From assembly GCA_007117035.1 (NCBI GenBank), contig SKHG01000036.1, forward strand, positions 7,595 to 71,594: a stretch of 64,000 nucleotides of DNA, in the 5' to 3' direction. Shown piece by piece: positions 1 through 9,970 of this stretch (within the stretch, counting starts at the first letter, position 1; the number at the start of each line of letters is the position of its first letter). Made by a program: the position numbers and the translations under genes. The notes under the pieces are model-generated. The model was given only the letters and a program-made list of their open reading frames with translations, ran no database searches and was not told the DNA's origin. Source of the stretch: Candidatus Campbellbacteria bacterium (lineage in GTDB: Bacteria; Patescibacteriota; Minisyncoccia; Phycocordibacterales; CSBR16-193).

Positions 1-2
1 TT

Positions 3-1541
3 TTACGTTCGATAGACTCAGTTCTCTTAGTTGTTGATGCACAAGAAGGACCTATGCCTCAAACCAGATTCGTTTTGAAAAAATCATTAGAGATCGGTCA
101 TAAACCAATTGTTGTCTTGAACAAAATAGATAAGCCAGCGGCTGATCCTGCACGTGCTCACGATCAGATTTTAGAACTGTTTATGGAGTTGGGAGCAAAT
201 GATGAGCAACTTGATTTTGTCACAGTCTATAGTATTGGGAAAGATGGTGTAGCAATGAGGTCATTGGATGATGAGAAAAAAGACATCACTCCTTTGTTAG
301 ATGTTATTTTGGAACATGTCTCACCAGCTGAGCCAAAAAATGACTTGCCGCTTAAGGCTCAACCTTTTAACCTAGCTTATGATAATTTCTTGGGTCGAAT
401 GGCAGTCGTTAGAGTTTACCAAGGTGTTCTAAAGAACGGGTCTAGGGTTTTAATAAAAAAACAAGACAATGTTGTTTTAGAAGAAAAAGTAACCAAGATT
501 TTTACATTTGAAGGAATAAAAAGAAAAGAAGTAGAAGAGGTTAGTTCTGGAGATATTGCTCTAGTTGCAGGTTTGGGGGATATATTTATTGGTGACACTG
601 TTTGTGACGATATGGATACAGAAGTATTGCCGACAATTAGTGTTGACGAACCAACCATCTCTTTAAATATTTTAGTTAATGACTCTCCGTTTGGTGGTCG
701 AGATGGAAAATTTGTAACAGGACGACAGATTAGAGATAGGCTTGAAAAGGAATTGGAAGTTAATGTTGGTCTGAAGGCAAATCTTGATGATAAGGTCATG
801 AAAATTCATGGTCGAGGAGAGTTGCATGTAGCGGTACTTTTGGAAAATATGCGTCGAGAGGGTTTTGAGATGTCTGTCTCTCAGCCTCAGGTAATTATTA
901 AAGAGATTGATGGAGTAAAGTCTGAACCGTTTGAAGAGGTGACTGTTGAGATTCCAGCCGAAGCCCAGGGTGCTGTTATAGAAAAACTTGGACGACGAGG
1001 TGTTAAAATGATTGATATGAAGTCAGAAGGGCCTATAGTCAGGATGATTTTTGAAGGTCCGACTCGAGGTTTACTTGGTTATCGTGGCCAGTTTATAATT
1101 GACACTAGAGGTGAAGGAATCATGGCTAGCCGAGTTATTGGTTTCAAGCCGTACGTTGGTGAAATAGAGAAAAAAGTGACTGGCTCGATGGTTTCGATGG
1201 CGACCGGAAAAACCTTAGGATTTTCATTGGTAAATCTTCAAACTCGTGGTGTTTTGTATATTGGGCCTGCTGAAGATGTTTATGAAGGTATGGTTATTGG
1301 GAATACTACAAAAGGTGAGGAAATGACAGTTAACCCAACCAAAGGTAAACAGTTGACCAATATGCGAGCTTCTGGTTCTGACGAGAAGACTTATTTAACT
1401 CCTCCTACACCTATTGATATTGAAGTGGGTCTCGAGATAATTTCTGATGATGAGTATCTTGAGATTACACCAAATAATATTCGTCTACGAAAAAAATACT
1501 TAACTGAGTCTGGACGCAGTAAAGCCAAGCGATCTAGTTAA
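3..1541 (+). CDS. typA: Translational GTPase TypA/BipA (5' end outside window)
   Basis: Frame is open from base 3 (LRSIDSVLLVVDAQEGPMPQTRF); NKID G4 motif, GRGELH, and BipA C-terminal KQLTNMRASGSDE. Confidence 0.95.
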   Translation, partial: LRSIDSVLLVVDAQEGPMPQTRFVLKKSLEIGHKPIVVLNKIDKPAADPARAHDQILELFMELGANDEQLDFVTVYSIGKDGVAMRSLDDEKKDITPLLDVILEHVSPAEPKNDLPLKAQPFNLAYDNFLGRMAVVRVYQGVLKNGSRVLIKKQDNVVLEEKVTKIFTFEGIKRKEVEEVSSGDIALVAGLGDIFIGDTVCDDMDTEVLPTISVDEPTISLNILVNDSPFGGRDGKFVTGRQIRDRLEKELEVNVGLKANLDDKVMKIHGRGELHVAVLLENMRREGFEMSVSQPQVIIKEIDGVKSEPFEEVTVEIPAEAQGAVIEKLGRRGVKMIDMKSEGPIVRMIFEGPTRGLLGYRGQFIIDTRGEGIMASRVIGFKPYVGEIEKKVTGSMVSMATGKTLGFSLVNLQTRGVLYIGPAEDVYEGMVIGNTTKGEEMTVNPTKGKQLTNMRASGSDEKTYLTPPTPIDIEVGLEIISDDEYLEITPNNIRLRKKYLTESGRSKAKRSS

Positions 1542-1598
1542 AGATATTTAGAGCCACATAATTTTGTGGAAAAAGTGATTTTGAAATTTTTGTGTTAA

Positions 1599-2729
1599 AT
1601 GTTTAAATTTCTTAAAAATATAAATTCTGAGAAAGGAAAACAGAAAGTTTTTTTTGATCAAGTTAGTCGATGGTACTCCAAATATGAAAGGTATTTGATT
1701 CCCGGTTCACTTTTAGCTGGAGTAATCACTGATTTTATTTTGTTTCAACAGATAAATCTTTCTTTAGCTTTTTCTATTTTAACTTTCCATATTGTACTTT
1801 CTGGTTCAATTATTGCTTATCGCAATCTGTATGATTCTCATTGTTTTGGACATCAAAGAAGGATCCTTCAATACCTTCGATTATTTTCCTCGATGATTCT
1901 TCAGTATAGCTTTGGTGCTCTTTTGAGTGGTTTTTTTGTTTTTTATTGGTTCAGTGGAGTTTTTTCAGCAAGCTGGCCATTTATTTTAATAATAATTTTT
2001 TTGATGCTTTCCAACGATCTTTTAAAACGTTATTACTTACGTTTAAGTGTTCAGATTGCAGTATATTATTTTGCAGTTTTTTCGTGGTCAGTTTTGATAC
2101 TACCTTTCTTATTTAGATCTATTACGGTCTGGATTTTTTTACTGAGTGGAATGTTGAGTTTAATAATTATTTATCTGTATATATTTGCACTAAAGAGTAA
2201 GGTAGCAAAAATTTATCAGAAAAAAACAACTATAGGTTATTTAGTAATATCTATATTTATTTTAATGAACGGAATGTATTTTTTAAATATTATTCCGCCG
2301 ATTCCGCTGTCGATGCGTGATGCTGGAGTCTATCATTTTGTAGAAAGAGTAGGTGGGGAATATAAGATAATGACTGAAAGTAGAAGTTTTTTGCAAAATC
2401 TTTTTACAGGTAATAAGATTAGTTTGACACAAGGTCAACCAGTCTATGTTTTTAGTTCTGTTTTTGCTCCAGCTAGAATGGAGGTCGATCTTTCTCACCA
2501 TTGGCAAAAATATGATAAAAATTTAGGTTGGGTTAGTCGAAATAGGGTTCCTTTTAAAATGACTGGAGGTCGTGAGGAAGGCTTCAGAGGATACTCTTTT
2601 AGTAGAAACATTACGAGCGGGCTGTATCGAGTTGATGTTGAAACCTCTCGAGGTCAAGTGATTGGAAGAATAAAATTTGAAGTTTTGATTGTGAACAGTT
2701 CTCCAAAACTAGATGTGGATTGGAAATAA
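1599..2729 (+). CDS. Multi-TM membrane protein with C-terminal DUF2914-like beta domain
   Basis: About 8 hydrophobic segments, then GGREEGFRGYS...GLYRVDVETSRGQVIGRIKF. Confidence 0.7.
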   Translation: MFKFLKNINSEKGKQKVFFDQVSRWYSKYERYLIPGSLLAGVITDFILFQQINLSLAFSILTFHIVLSGSIIAYRNLYDSHCFGHQRRILQYLRLFSSMILQYSFGALLSGFFVFYWFSGVFSASWPFILIIIFLMLSNDLLKRYYLRLSVQIAVYYFAVFSWSVLILPFLFRSITVWIFLLSGMLSLIIIYLYIFALKSKVAKIYQKKTTIGYLVISIFILMNGMYFLNIIPPIPLSMRDAGVYHFVERVGGEYKIMTESRSFLQNLFTGNKISLTQGQPVYVFSSVFAPARMEVDLSHHWQKYDKNLGWVSRNRVPFKMTGGREEGFRGYSFSRNITSGLYRVDVETSRGQVIGRIKFEVLIVNSSPKLDVDWK

Positions 2730-2753
2730 AAAAAAGTTGTCCACCTTTTTGTC

Positions 2754-2781
2754 TTGAAAAAACGTTTTAAAATAGTATACT
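2754..2781 (+). promoter_or_regulatory. Sigma70-type promoter
   Basis: TTGAAA-16 nt-TATACT, followed by GGGGTGA SD before the ATG at 2807. Confidence 0.55.
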
Positions 2782-2806
2782 TATATTAGGAAGGGGGTGA
2801 TAATGA

Positions 2807-3037
2807 ATGAGCGATAAAAAAATGAGTGTGAGTACTAGAAAACTCTCAGATTGTTTTTTAGCTGGTTGCCTGAAACAAAGATTGCTTCTTCAAATTGAAG
2901 AAGCTCTTGGTCCAGAAAACCGTTGGTATGCCGGAGAGAAGTTAGGACGATCTCCAACAGAAAGTGAAGCTATTCTGTACTATATCGAAAATGGCGGAGC
3001 AGAGTCCTTTTCTAAACGATATTGTTCTGTAGATTAA
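2807..3037 (+). CDS. Small hypothetical protein, DUF4032-like motif
   Basis: Own promoter, SD and terminator; ENRWYAGEKLGR...EAILYYIE resembles the (H)KWY.SE..GR motif of DUF4032-like proteins. Confidence 0.6.
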   Translation: MSDKKMSVSTRKLSDCFLAGCLKQRLLLQIEEALGPENRWYAGEKLGRSPTESEAILYYIENGGAESFSKRYCSVD

Positions 3038-3067
3038 GACCCTTCAGTTTTTGAGGGGTCTTTTTTT
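3036..3067 (+). terminator. Intrinsic terminator
   Basis: AAGACCCTTCA/TGAGGGGTCTT stem followed by a T-tract. Confidence 0.85.
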
Positions 3068-3151
3068 ATTTAATATATTTGAATTTTATTTTTAATTTGG
3101 TGTATAATTATTAAGGTCGATAATTATTAGATTTAATTAAGTAAAAATAAT

Positions 3152-3352
3152 ATGAAATTAAATGGAATTACTTGGACAGCTCTTGTACTAACTGTCGTAG
3201 GTGGTCTTAACTGGGGTTTGGTTGGTGCTTTTCAATATAACCTAGTAGAGTCAATTTTAGGTGGTATGGAAGGTCTTGAAAGAACTATCTATGTTGTAGT
3301 TGGTTTGAGTGCTTTGTACCTATTTATCGCTGCAGTATCAAAGAAGTCCTAA
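3152..3352 (+). CDS. DUF378 (YuzA-like) small membrane protein
   Basis: VGGLNWGLVGAFQYNLV...IYVVVGLSAL signature. Confidence 0.9.
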   Translation: MKLNGITWTALVLTVVGGLNWGLVGAFQYNLVESILGGMEGLERTIYVVVGLSALYLFIAAVSKKS

Positions 3353-3375
3353 TATTTTTAGTCTTCGTTTGAAAT

Positions 3376-3410
3376 ACAAAGCCCTCTTTAATTCTTAAAG
3401 GGGGTTTTGT
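3376..3410 (+). terminator. Intrinsic terminator
   Basis: ACAAAGCCCTCTTTAA/TTAAAGGGGGTTTTGT hairpin after DUF378. Confidence 0.7.
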
Positions 3411-3428
3411 TGTGTTAAGATTATTGGT

Positions 3429-5090
3429 ATGACTCAAAAAGAAGCACTTGAGGTAATGAAGATGGGGGTTAATGTTTTTTTGACAGGTGAACCTGGCTCA
3501 GGTAAGTCTTTTGCAATTAATAGTTATGTTAAGTACCTAAAAGATCATGGTGTTGAACCAGCGGTAACTGCTTCGACCGGCATCGCTGCCACCCATATCG
3601 CTGGTTATACTATTCACTCCTGGAGTGGAATCGGAATTCGTAATCATCTAGACATGTACGAGCTTGAAGCTCTGAATGAAAAACAATACTTAGTTAAGAG
3701 AATTAGAAAAACTAAAGTTTTAATAATTGATGAGGTTTCGATGTTGGATGGAAGGATTTTAGATACTGTTGATATGGTTATGAAGACCATAAAACAGAAT
3801 GAACTCCCGTTTGGTGGAGTTCAGGTTATTTTAGTCGGTGATTTTTTTCAACTACCACCAGTTTCTAGAGATAGATCAGCTTTTTTTGCTTTTGAGTCTG
3901 AGAGTTGGACGAAGGCTAGGTTGGCCACCTGCTATTTGACCGAACAGTTTCGGCAGGAGGATGAAAATATCTGTGAGTTACTTTCAGCTTTTCGCCGATC
4001 TGCTTTAGAGAGAGTTCATTATGAGATGATAGAGTCTCGAATCTGTACAGATGAAAGTTTGGTCCCAAAAGAGTCACCCAAACTTTTTTCGCACAACAAT
4101 GATGTGGACAGAGTTAATGATCTTGAGCTAGAAAAGATTGACGAAGAAGGAAAACTTTTTGTGATGGATTCAAAAGGTAGATCTAGTTTGGTGGAGCAAT
4201 TAAAAAAAGGGTGTTTGTCACCAGAAAGGCTGAACATTAAAATTGGCGCTGTAGTAATGTGTACTAAGAATAATTTTGAGGCAGGTTTTGTGAACGGAAC
4301 AGTTGGAGTTGTCGAGTCTGTTGATCGTCGAACTGGACATCCAGTCATTAAAACTAAAGATAATCGAAGAATTTTAGTTTCGGCTATGGAGTGGTCAATA
4401 GATGAAGACGGCAAGGTTTTAGCTAAAGTTACTCAGATTCCACTTCGTTTAGCTTGGGCTATTACGGTCCACAAAAGTCAGGGAGTGAGTCTTGATTCGG
4501 CATTAATAGATCTGTCTCGTTCTTTCGAATTTGGTCAGGGTTATGTCGCGCTCTCTCGACTTCGAAGCCTCGATGGTTTGTTCTGTTTGGGATATAACGA
4601 AAGAGCTTTCGAGGTTAACCCAAAAATTTCTGAAGTAGACGAAGATTTTAGGAAAAGTTCTCTAATTGCTAGTAAAAGGTTTGGGGTTATGAAAAATGAG
4701 GAGGTGATAAAAAAACAGGATGATTTTTTGTTATCTTCTGGTGGATGTAAAGATATTGAAACAAAGCAAAAAACAAAAAAGAAAACTACTTATGATGTTA
4801 CGGCTGAGATGGTAAAATTTGAAGCTGGTCTAGAATCGGTTGCGAAGGCTAGGAAGTTAACTGTAACCACTGTACTAGGCCATCTGGAGAAGTTAATTCA
4901 GTCTGGATCTATAAAGACTAAAGACATAAAACATCTTTGGAATGATCGTGGTCGTAATGAACGAGAGCTACAAGAGATTCTTAAGGTTTTTACTAAATCA
5001 AAGGATGGAAAACTTCGTCCTGTTTATGATAAATTAAATGGAAAGTATGATTTTGTAGACCTGCGTTTAGCCAGGATACTTCGTAAATAG
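3429..5090 (+). CDS. PIF1-family SF1B DNA helicase with C-terminal HTH domain
   Basis: Walker A GEPGSGKS, IIDEVSM, GDFFQLPPV, WAITVHKSQG, GQGYVALSR; C-terminal ARKLTVTTVLGHL HTH. Confidence 0.9.
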   Translation: MTQKEALEVMKMGVNVFLTGEPGSGKSFAINSYVKYLKDHGVEPAVTASTGIAATHIAGYTIHSWSGIGIRNHLDMYELEALNEKQYLVKRIRKTKVLIIDEVSMLDGRILDTVDMVMKTIKQNELPFGGVQVILVGDFFQLPPVSRDRSAFFAFESESWTKARLATCYLTEQFRQEDENICELLSAFRRSALERVHYEMIESRICTDESLVPKESPKLFSHNNDVDRVNDLELEKIDEEGKLFVMDSKGRSSLVEQLKKGCLSPERLNIKIGAVVMCTKNNFEAGFVNGTVGVVESVDRRTGHPVIKTKDNRRILVSAMEWSIDEDGKVLAKVTQIPLRLAWAITVHKSQGVSLDSALIDLSRSFEFGQGYVALSRLRSLDGLFCLGYNERAFEVNPKISEVDEDFRKSSLIASKRFGVMKNEEVIKKQDDFLLSSGGCKDIETKQKTKKKTTYDVTAEMVKFEAGLESVAKARKLTVTTVLGHLEKLIQSGSIKTKDIKHLWNDRGRNERELQEILKVFTKSKDGKLRPVYDKLNGKYDFVDLRLARILRK

Positions 5091-5174
5091 GCTTGACTTG
5101 TTACTGATTTAGGTATAGTTTTTGATAAGTTAGTTCTGTTTCTTTTACATAAACAAAAAACAAAAGGAGTTATT

Positions 5175-5663
5175 ATGGCAATGTGTGATGGTTTACCGGT
5201 TCAAAATACTGAAATAAAAAGTTCAGCTAAAATCTGTGTCGACAAAAATCCTGATTTATTTAGCTTGCTTAAGCTAAAAGAGCTCAGGATTATAAGTCCA
5301 TTAGCGGAGTCTTTTTTCCAGGTTATAAATACTGTGGGAGAGAGTTTTGTTGATAGATACTCTATTCCGAGTATTTCTGAGGTAACTGGTTTTACGATTC
5401 CGTTAATGGATGAAGAGCCACAAAAATTCAGTCCAGATCCTGAAAATGGTTTCAGACATGCAACTCTTAGAGAGTTGTTGTCATATCCTTGCTCCACAAC
5501 TCCGGTCCTGTCTCTTTGGTTCATTGTCTCTAGATGGGGACAAACAGAGTTTTGTTTTATGATCTATAAAGAAAAACTCTTGGGTCCAAAGATTCTTGAC
5601 CTTGTTCCGATTAATCTGAAGATCGCTCGTCGATCAGAAATATTATTAATCAAAAAGGATTAG
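5175..5663 (+). CDS. Hypothetical protein (stand-alone orphan unit)
   Basis: TTGACT at 5093, AAAGGAG SD, downstream terminator; GFRHATLRELL is the only motif-like segment. Confidence 0.7.
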   Translation: MAMCDGLPVQNTEIKSSAKICVDKNPDLFSLLKLKELRIISPLAESFFQVINTVGESFVDRYSIPSISEVTGFTIPLMDEEPQKFSPDPENGFRHATLRELLSYPCSTTPVLSLWFIVSRWGQTEFCFMIYKEKLLGPKILDLVPINLKIARRSEILLIKKD

Positions 5664-5682
5664 TGCGTATAAGGCAATTTAC

Positions 5683-5720
5683 AACCCCTCGCTAGTATGT
5701 TTGAGCGAGGGGTTTTTTTT
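5683..5720 (+). terminator. Intrinsic terminator
   Basis: AACCCCTCGCT/AGCGAGGGGTT perfect stem plus T-tract. Confidence 0.9.
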
Positions 5721-5754
5721 ATACATTGTTTTTTAAGTGTGGTATTATATTTAT

Positions 5755-7020
5755 ATGAAAAATCTAAAAGATGAACTTCAGGCACGAGGTCTTATAGATA
5801 TATCCTCTGTAACTGACATTTCTGAAATAACAGAGGGCCAGAAAAGAACTCTGTATATCGGTATTGATCCAACTGGAGATTCACTACACATAGGGCATCT
5901 TTTACAGTTTGTTTTGGCTAGACATTTTTTGACCTTTGGACACAAAGTGATTGTTTTGATTGGTGGTGCTACGGGAATGATTGGTGACCCTTCTGGTAAA
6001 AGTGAAGAAAGAATTCTTTTAGATGAGGACACTTTACTCAAAAATTCAAAAAGTATTTGTAATCAGATAAGTTCAATCTTCAATAAAACTGAATTCGACT
6101 TAGTTAACAACAGTGACTGGATTAGTGACCTGAAGTTTGTTTCTTTTTTAAGAGATGTTGGTAAACATTTTACAGTTGGTGCACTTCTGCAAAAAGAGTC
6201 AGTAAAGACTCGTTTGGAGTCAGGGAATGGTATTTCCTACACCGAGTTTAGTTACTCACTAATTCAATCATATGATTATTATCATTTATATAAAAATCAC
6301 GGATGTACTTTGCAGATAGGTGGTTCTGATCAGTGGGGTAATATTTCTACCGGAATAGATTTTGTTCGTCGAAAGACTAGTGATAAAGTCTTTGGCCTGG
6401 CTTCTCCTTTAGTTGTTGATAAGGATGGAAGAAAGCTTGGTAAGACCGCACCCGGAGGAGCAGTCTGGCTTGATTCGCAAAAGACATCACCGTATAAATT
6501 TTATCAGTTTTGGTTGAATGTTGATGATGAGATAGTCTGTAAGTATCTTAGGTTGTTTACATTTGTTCCTGTAAGTGAGATTGATCAGATTGAAAAGTCT
6601 CATAAAATTTCACCACAAAATAGATTAGCCCAACTAACACTGGCTCAAGAAATGACATCTATGTTACATGGAGAGGAAAAAAGTCAGACTGTAAAGAGGG
6701 TCTCTGAGCTACTTTTTGGTTCTACAGAGTTTTATAATCTTTCAGCAGATGAACAAAATATTTTAGCTGATGAGATATCAACTGTTAATGTGTCCAAGTC
6801 GGAAGTTGAGATTGGTGTTCCTTTAGTTGATGTTTTGACTAGATCGGGTCTTGCTAGTTCTAAGACTGAAGCAGGTCGGTTAATTAAGGAAGGTTCTATA
6901 TCATTAAATAACACTAAGAAAACAGTTCAGGATGCAGTCGTTAGTATGGGTGATTTTGCTGGTAGGATACTTCTTTTGAAGAAGGGAAAGAAAAATTTTG
7001 CCTGCGTAAAGATTAAATAA
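5755..7020 (+). CDS. tyrS: Tyrosine--tRNA ligase
   Basis: YIGIDPTGDSLHIGH, QIGGSDQWGNI, KLGKT, C-terminal S4 domain; start moved to the ATG at 5755. Confidence 0.97.
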   Translation: MKNLKDELQARGLIDISSVTDISEITEGQKRTLYIGIDPTGDSLHIGHLLQFVLARHFLTFGHKVIVLIGGATGMIGDPSGKSEERILLDEDTLLKNSKSICNQISSIFNKTEFDLVNNSDWISDLKFVSFLRDVGKHFTVGALLQKESVKTRLESGNGISYTEFSYSLIQSYDYYHLYKNHGCTLQIGGSDQWGNISTGIDFVRRKTSDKVFGLASPLVVDKDGRKLGKTAPGGAVWLDSQKTSPYKFYQFWLNVDDEIVCKYLRLFTFVPVSEIDQIEKSHKISPQNRLAQLTLAQEMTSMLHGEEKSQTVKRVSELLFGSTEFYNLSADEQNILADEISTVNVSKSEVEIGVPLVDVLTRSGLASSKTEAGRLIKEGSISLNNTKKTVQDAVVSMGDFAGRILLLKKGKKNFACVKIK

Positions 7021-7081
7021 TTAGTTTTTTAATTTATTGTATATTAAAAAGTGTGTTATTATGTATAAATAGTAAATAATT

Positions 7082-7738
7082 ATGGATAGTAAAATAAAAG
7101 ATGAATTAGGGTCAAAAAGTGTTAAACAAGCCTGGATTTTTGTCTTTATACTTTTAGCTGTGGCTGTAGTGGTCTTCTTTGTTGTCGATGAGGCAGAACC
7201 AAAGCCAAGATCAGTTTCAATTGAGGATGGAGTTTTAATGTCTAGCACTGGGTCTGTTCTGCTAAAAACAGAAGACCTACCAGATGAGATTTCTGTAACT
7301 CAAGATTCTTCTTTTAGTGTTGACGGTGAAATAACTGGAGCAATTCTTTCTCCTGACAGAAGCTGGGTCGCTATATCTACTAGAGAGGTTACCCATGATA
7401 TTGGCTGGTTGCTTGAGGTAGATGGTAGGAATTTGTACCCAGTTGCTTTTCAGTACGGTGGTGAGGTTTTTGTGGGAGGATGGAGTTTGAACAGTCAATA
7501 TTTTGATTTTGCTATATCAAATCCTGTGCCTCAACAAAGAATAAAGATAATCGATCGTGAAAATATTAATGATTTTGTTTCTGAAACTGGTATAGATATT
7601 GTTATGGAAGGTGAAGTAGACATGCAACCTGAATTTGTGGTTTATGAACGTGGTGCTTGGCAGAACGATGAATTTTGTTTGGTCTTTAGAGAAAGCGAAC
7701 ATTGTTTGACTATTGAAGAAATCGCTTCCATGCGTTAA
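7082..7738 (+). CDS. Membrane-anchored acidic hypothetical protein
   Basis: N-terminal TM; LSPDRSWVA resembles a beta-propeller/TolB-like blade. Confidence 0.6.
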   Translation: MDSKIKDELGSKSVKQAWIFVFILLAVAVVVFFVVDEAEPKPRSVSIEDGVLMSSTGSVLLKTEDLPDEISVTQDSSFSVDGEITGAILSPDRSWVAISTREVTHDIGWLLEVDGRNLYPVAFQYGGEVFVGGWSLNSQYFDFAISNPVPQQRIKIIDRENINDFVSETGIDIVMEGEVDMQPEFVVYERGAWQNDEFCLVFRESEHCLTIEEIASMR

Positions 7739-7767
7739 TTTTCCCTCAACTTTGTTTTGTTTGTTAT

Positions 7768-8049
7768 ATGGTACAAATATCGGCTATAAAAATGATTGAA
7801 GACGAGAAGGGTTGGGTTTTTGATGTTTTAGTACAATCTGAATTGGAAAAAACCAGACATACTGTGTCTTTAAGTAAGGATGATTATATTAGTTTAACAA
7901 CTAAAAAAATTTCTACTGAGGATTTTGTTAAGAGATGTTTTCAGTTTTTACTGGATAGGGAAAGTGCATCTCAAATAAAAGAAAGTTTTGATATCAGTGA
8001 AATTTCAAAATACTTTCCTGAGTTTGAAAATAAAATTAAAAATATATGA
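7768..8049 (+). CDS. Conserved-looking hypothetical protein
   Basis: 93-aa ORF coupled to the next gene; FQFLLDRE...FDISEISKYFPEFE. Confidence 0.65.
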   Translation: MVQISAIKMIEDEKGWVFDVLVQSELEKTRHTVSLSKDDYISLTTKKISTEDFVKRCFQFLLDRESASQIKESFDISEISKYFPEFENKIKNI

Positions 8050-8723
8050 TTGCTGGTTTTAGGAGTCTAACTTTCTGGGAAAAAATTCAAGTTGGTACTA
8101 GTTTTTTTCTGCTTTTAACTTTAGTTGGTGCTATTGTTTGGTCGGCTTTAAATTTCCAATGGCTGACTTTATTTATTAGTGTGTTAGCTTTTATAGCATC
8201 CACTGTTCCCTTTATATGGTTAAAAAAACGCTACCACTTGTTTTTGCCTGTAGAGTTCCAGTTTGCAGTTGTTCTTTTTGTCTACGCCTCACTGTTTTTA
8301 GGTGAACTTGGTTTCTATGAAAGATTTTGGTGGTGGGATATGGTCCTGCATACTGGAAGCGGTTTTGCTATAGGATTTTTGGGTTTTTTAATTCTCCTCC
8401 TTTTGCATTTGAAGGGTAAGTTTTCTGTCAGTCCTTATTTGTTTGCTTTCTTCACATTTAGTTTTGCTCTTTCTTTAGGGGCTTTGTGGGAAATTTTCGA
8501 GTTTGCTATAGATGTTTTTTTTGACACCAATATGCAGAGAAGAGAAACAGGTGTGGTTGATACAATGAATGATCTCATACTTGATGCAATCGGAGCTTTG
8601 ATTGCTTCGGTCTTTGCATATGAGTATATAAATCATGAGAAAAAAGATCATCAAAGACCAATGCTCTTTAGGTATTTGGTGGTAAAATTTCTAAAAAAGA
8701 ATCCAAAAATTTTAGATAAATAA
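8046..8723 (+). CDS. Membrane protein, DUF2238-like (possible metal-dependent hydrolase)
   Basis: WWWDMVLH, WEIFEF and DTMNDL motifs within TM helices. Confidence 0.7.
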   Translation: MIAGFRSLTFWEKIQVGTSFFLLLTLVGAIVWSALNFQWLTLFISVLAFIASTVPFIWLKKRYHLFLPVEFQFAVVLFVYASLFLGELGFYERFWWWDMVLHTGSGFAIGFLGFLILLLLHLKGKFSVSPYLFAFFTFSFALSLGALWEIFEFAIDVFFDTNMQRRETGVVDTMNDLILDAIGALIASVFAYEYINHEKKDHQRPMLFRYLVVKFLKKNPKILDK

Positions 8724-8784
8724 GAGTATTTAAAATAGTGTGTTAGAATAAAAAACGTGCTTGTAAGTTAATATAAATAATTTT

Positions 8785-9498
8785 ATGGATAAAAAAGGAG
8801 TTTCAATATTTATTGGTGTTTTAGTTTTACTTTTTGCGCTTTTGTACTTTTTTAGTGTCAGGATGCAAGAGCCGAAGGTCTCGATTGATCCAGATACTCA
8901 ACTACCAGCTTTTGAGATTGAGCAAGACGATTTAATTAAAGGTAATCCAGAGAGTCAGATTGTTTTAATGGAGTACAGTGATTTCCAGTGTCCTTCCTGT
9001 AAGTCTGTGTATCCTTTTATCTCTAGCTTAGTAGAGGATTTTGAAGATGAGATGGTTTTTGTGTACAGACATTTTCCACTACCACAGTTTAGCAATGCTC
9101 GTCTGTCTGCCTCAGCTGGAGAAGCTGCTGCTATACAGGGAGAGTTTTGGGCTATGCACGATATGATATTTGATGGTCAAGAGAATTGGTCTAGACTTGG
9201 TCGCAGTTCTGCTGAAGATGTTTTTGTGGGATATGCCGAAGAGCTTGGTTTGGATGTTAGTAAATTCCGGTCTGATTTAAGTTCACAAGTGGTTCGAGAA
9301 AAGATTGAAAAGGATAGACTGTCTGGTGTACAGCTAGGAGTAAGAGGTACACCAACATTCTTTTTAAACGGTCAGGTTATTGATTTACAGTCATTAACAC
9401 AAACACTAGAAAGTTTGATCAGAGATAGTGTGGAGATAGATGTTGATGATTTAGAGTCTGAAACTGACACAGAACCTGATCTAGAAGATGAGTACTAA
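8785..9498 (+). CDS. DsbA-family thioredoxin-fold oxidoreductase
   Basis: EYSDFQCPSC (CxxC), VYRHFPL, GVRGTPTFFLNG; N-terminal TM. Confidence 0.92.
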   Translation: MDKKGVSIFIGVLVLLFALLYFFSVRMQEPKVSIDPDTQLPAFEIEQDDLIKGNPESQIVLMEYSDFQCPSCKSVYPFISSLVEDFEDEMVFVYRHFPLPQFSNARLSASAGEAAAIQGEFWAMHDMIFDGQENWSRLGRSSAEDVFVGYAEELGLDVSKFRSDLSSQVVREKIEKDRLSGVQLGVRGTPTFFLNGQVIDLQSLTQTLESLIRDSVEIDVDDLESETDTEPDLEDEY

Positions 9499-9946
9499 TA
9501 TTTTAAAAAGTAGATTTCTTTGGCCAGTCTTTTTTGCGTCTGGAACATTTGGTGCATTCGACGCCTTCTATTTAACGTGGGAGCATTTTAAGGGTGTCGT
9601 ACCTCCTTGTACTATTGATGGATGTGAGCAGGTTTTGACTAGTGAGTACGCGACTCTGTTGACTGTGCCAATTTCTCTATTTGGTTTCTTGTTCTACTTA
9701 ACCGCTTTGGTTATAGCTGCATGGTATATTAAAAGATCTAGCACAAAAAAATTATTTTTGTTGCTAGTACTTACAACTTCAGGTCTTTTTGTTTCATTCC
9801 TTTTAATCTACGTACAGTTATTTGTTTTGGAAGCGATATGTCTTTACTGTATGTTTTCTGCCTTCAGCACTTTCTTGCTGTGGACAATTTCTTTCGTGGT
9901 ATACTTTTTAGATAAGAGGGATTTACAAAATAGAATTTCTTTTTAG
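9488..9946 (+). CDS. Vitamin K epoxide reductase (VKOR) family protein
   Basis: Loop cysteines C...GCEQVLTSEY and CLYC active site; overlaps the DsbA stop. Confidence 0.92.
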   Translation: MSTNILKSRFLWPVFFASGTFGAFDAFYLTWEHFKGVVPPCTIDGCEQVLTSEYATLLTVPISLFGFLFYLTALVIAAWYIKRSSTKKLFLLLVLTTSGLFVSFLLIYVQLFVLEAICLYCMFSAFSTFLLWTISFVVYFLDKRDLQNRISF

Positions 9947-9970
9947 ATTCTGTTTAAATTAAAATAATTT

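Noticed and set aside
1565-1573. DnaA-box-like TGTGGAAAA after typA
   Set aside because: Better explained as one arm of the CCACA/TGTGG hairpin downstream of typA
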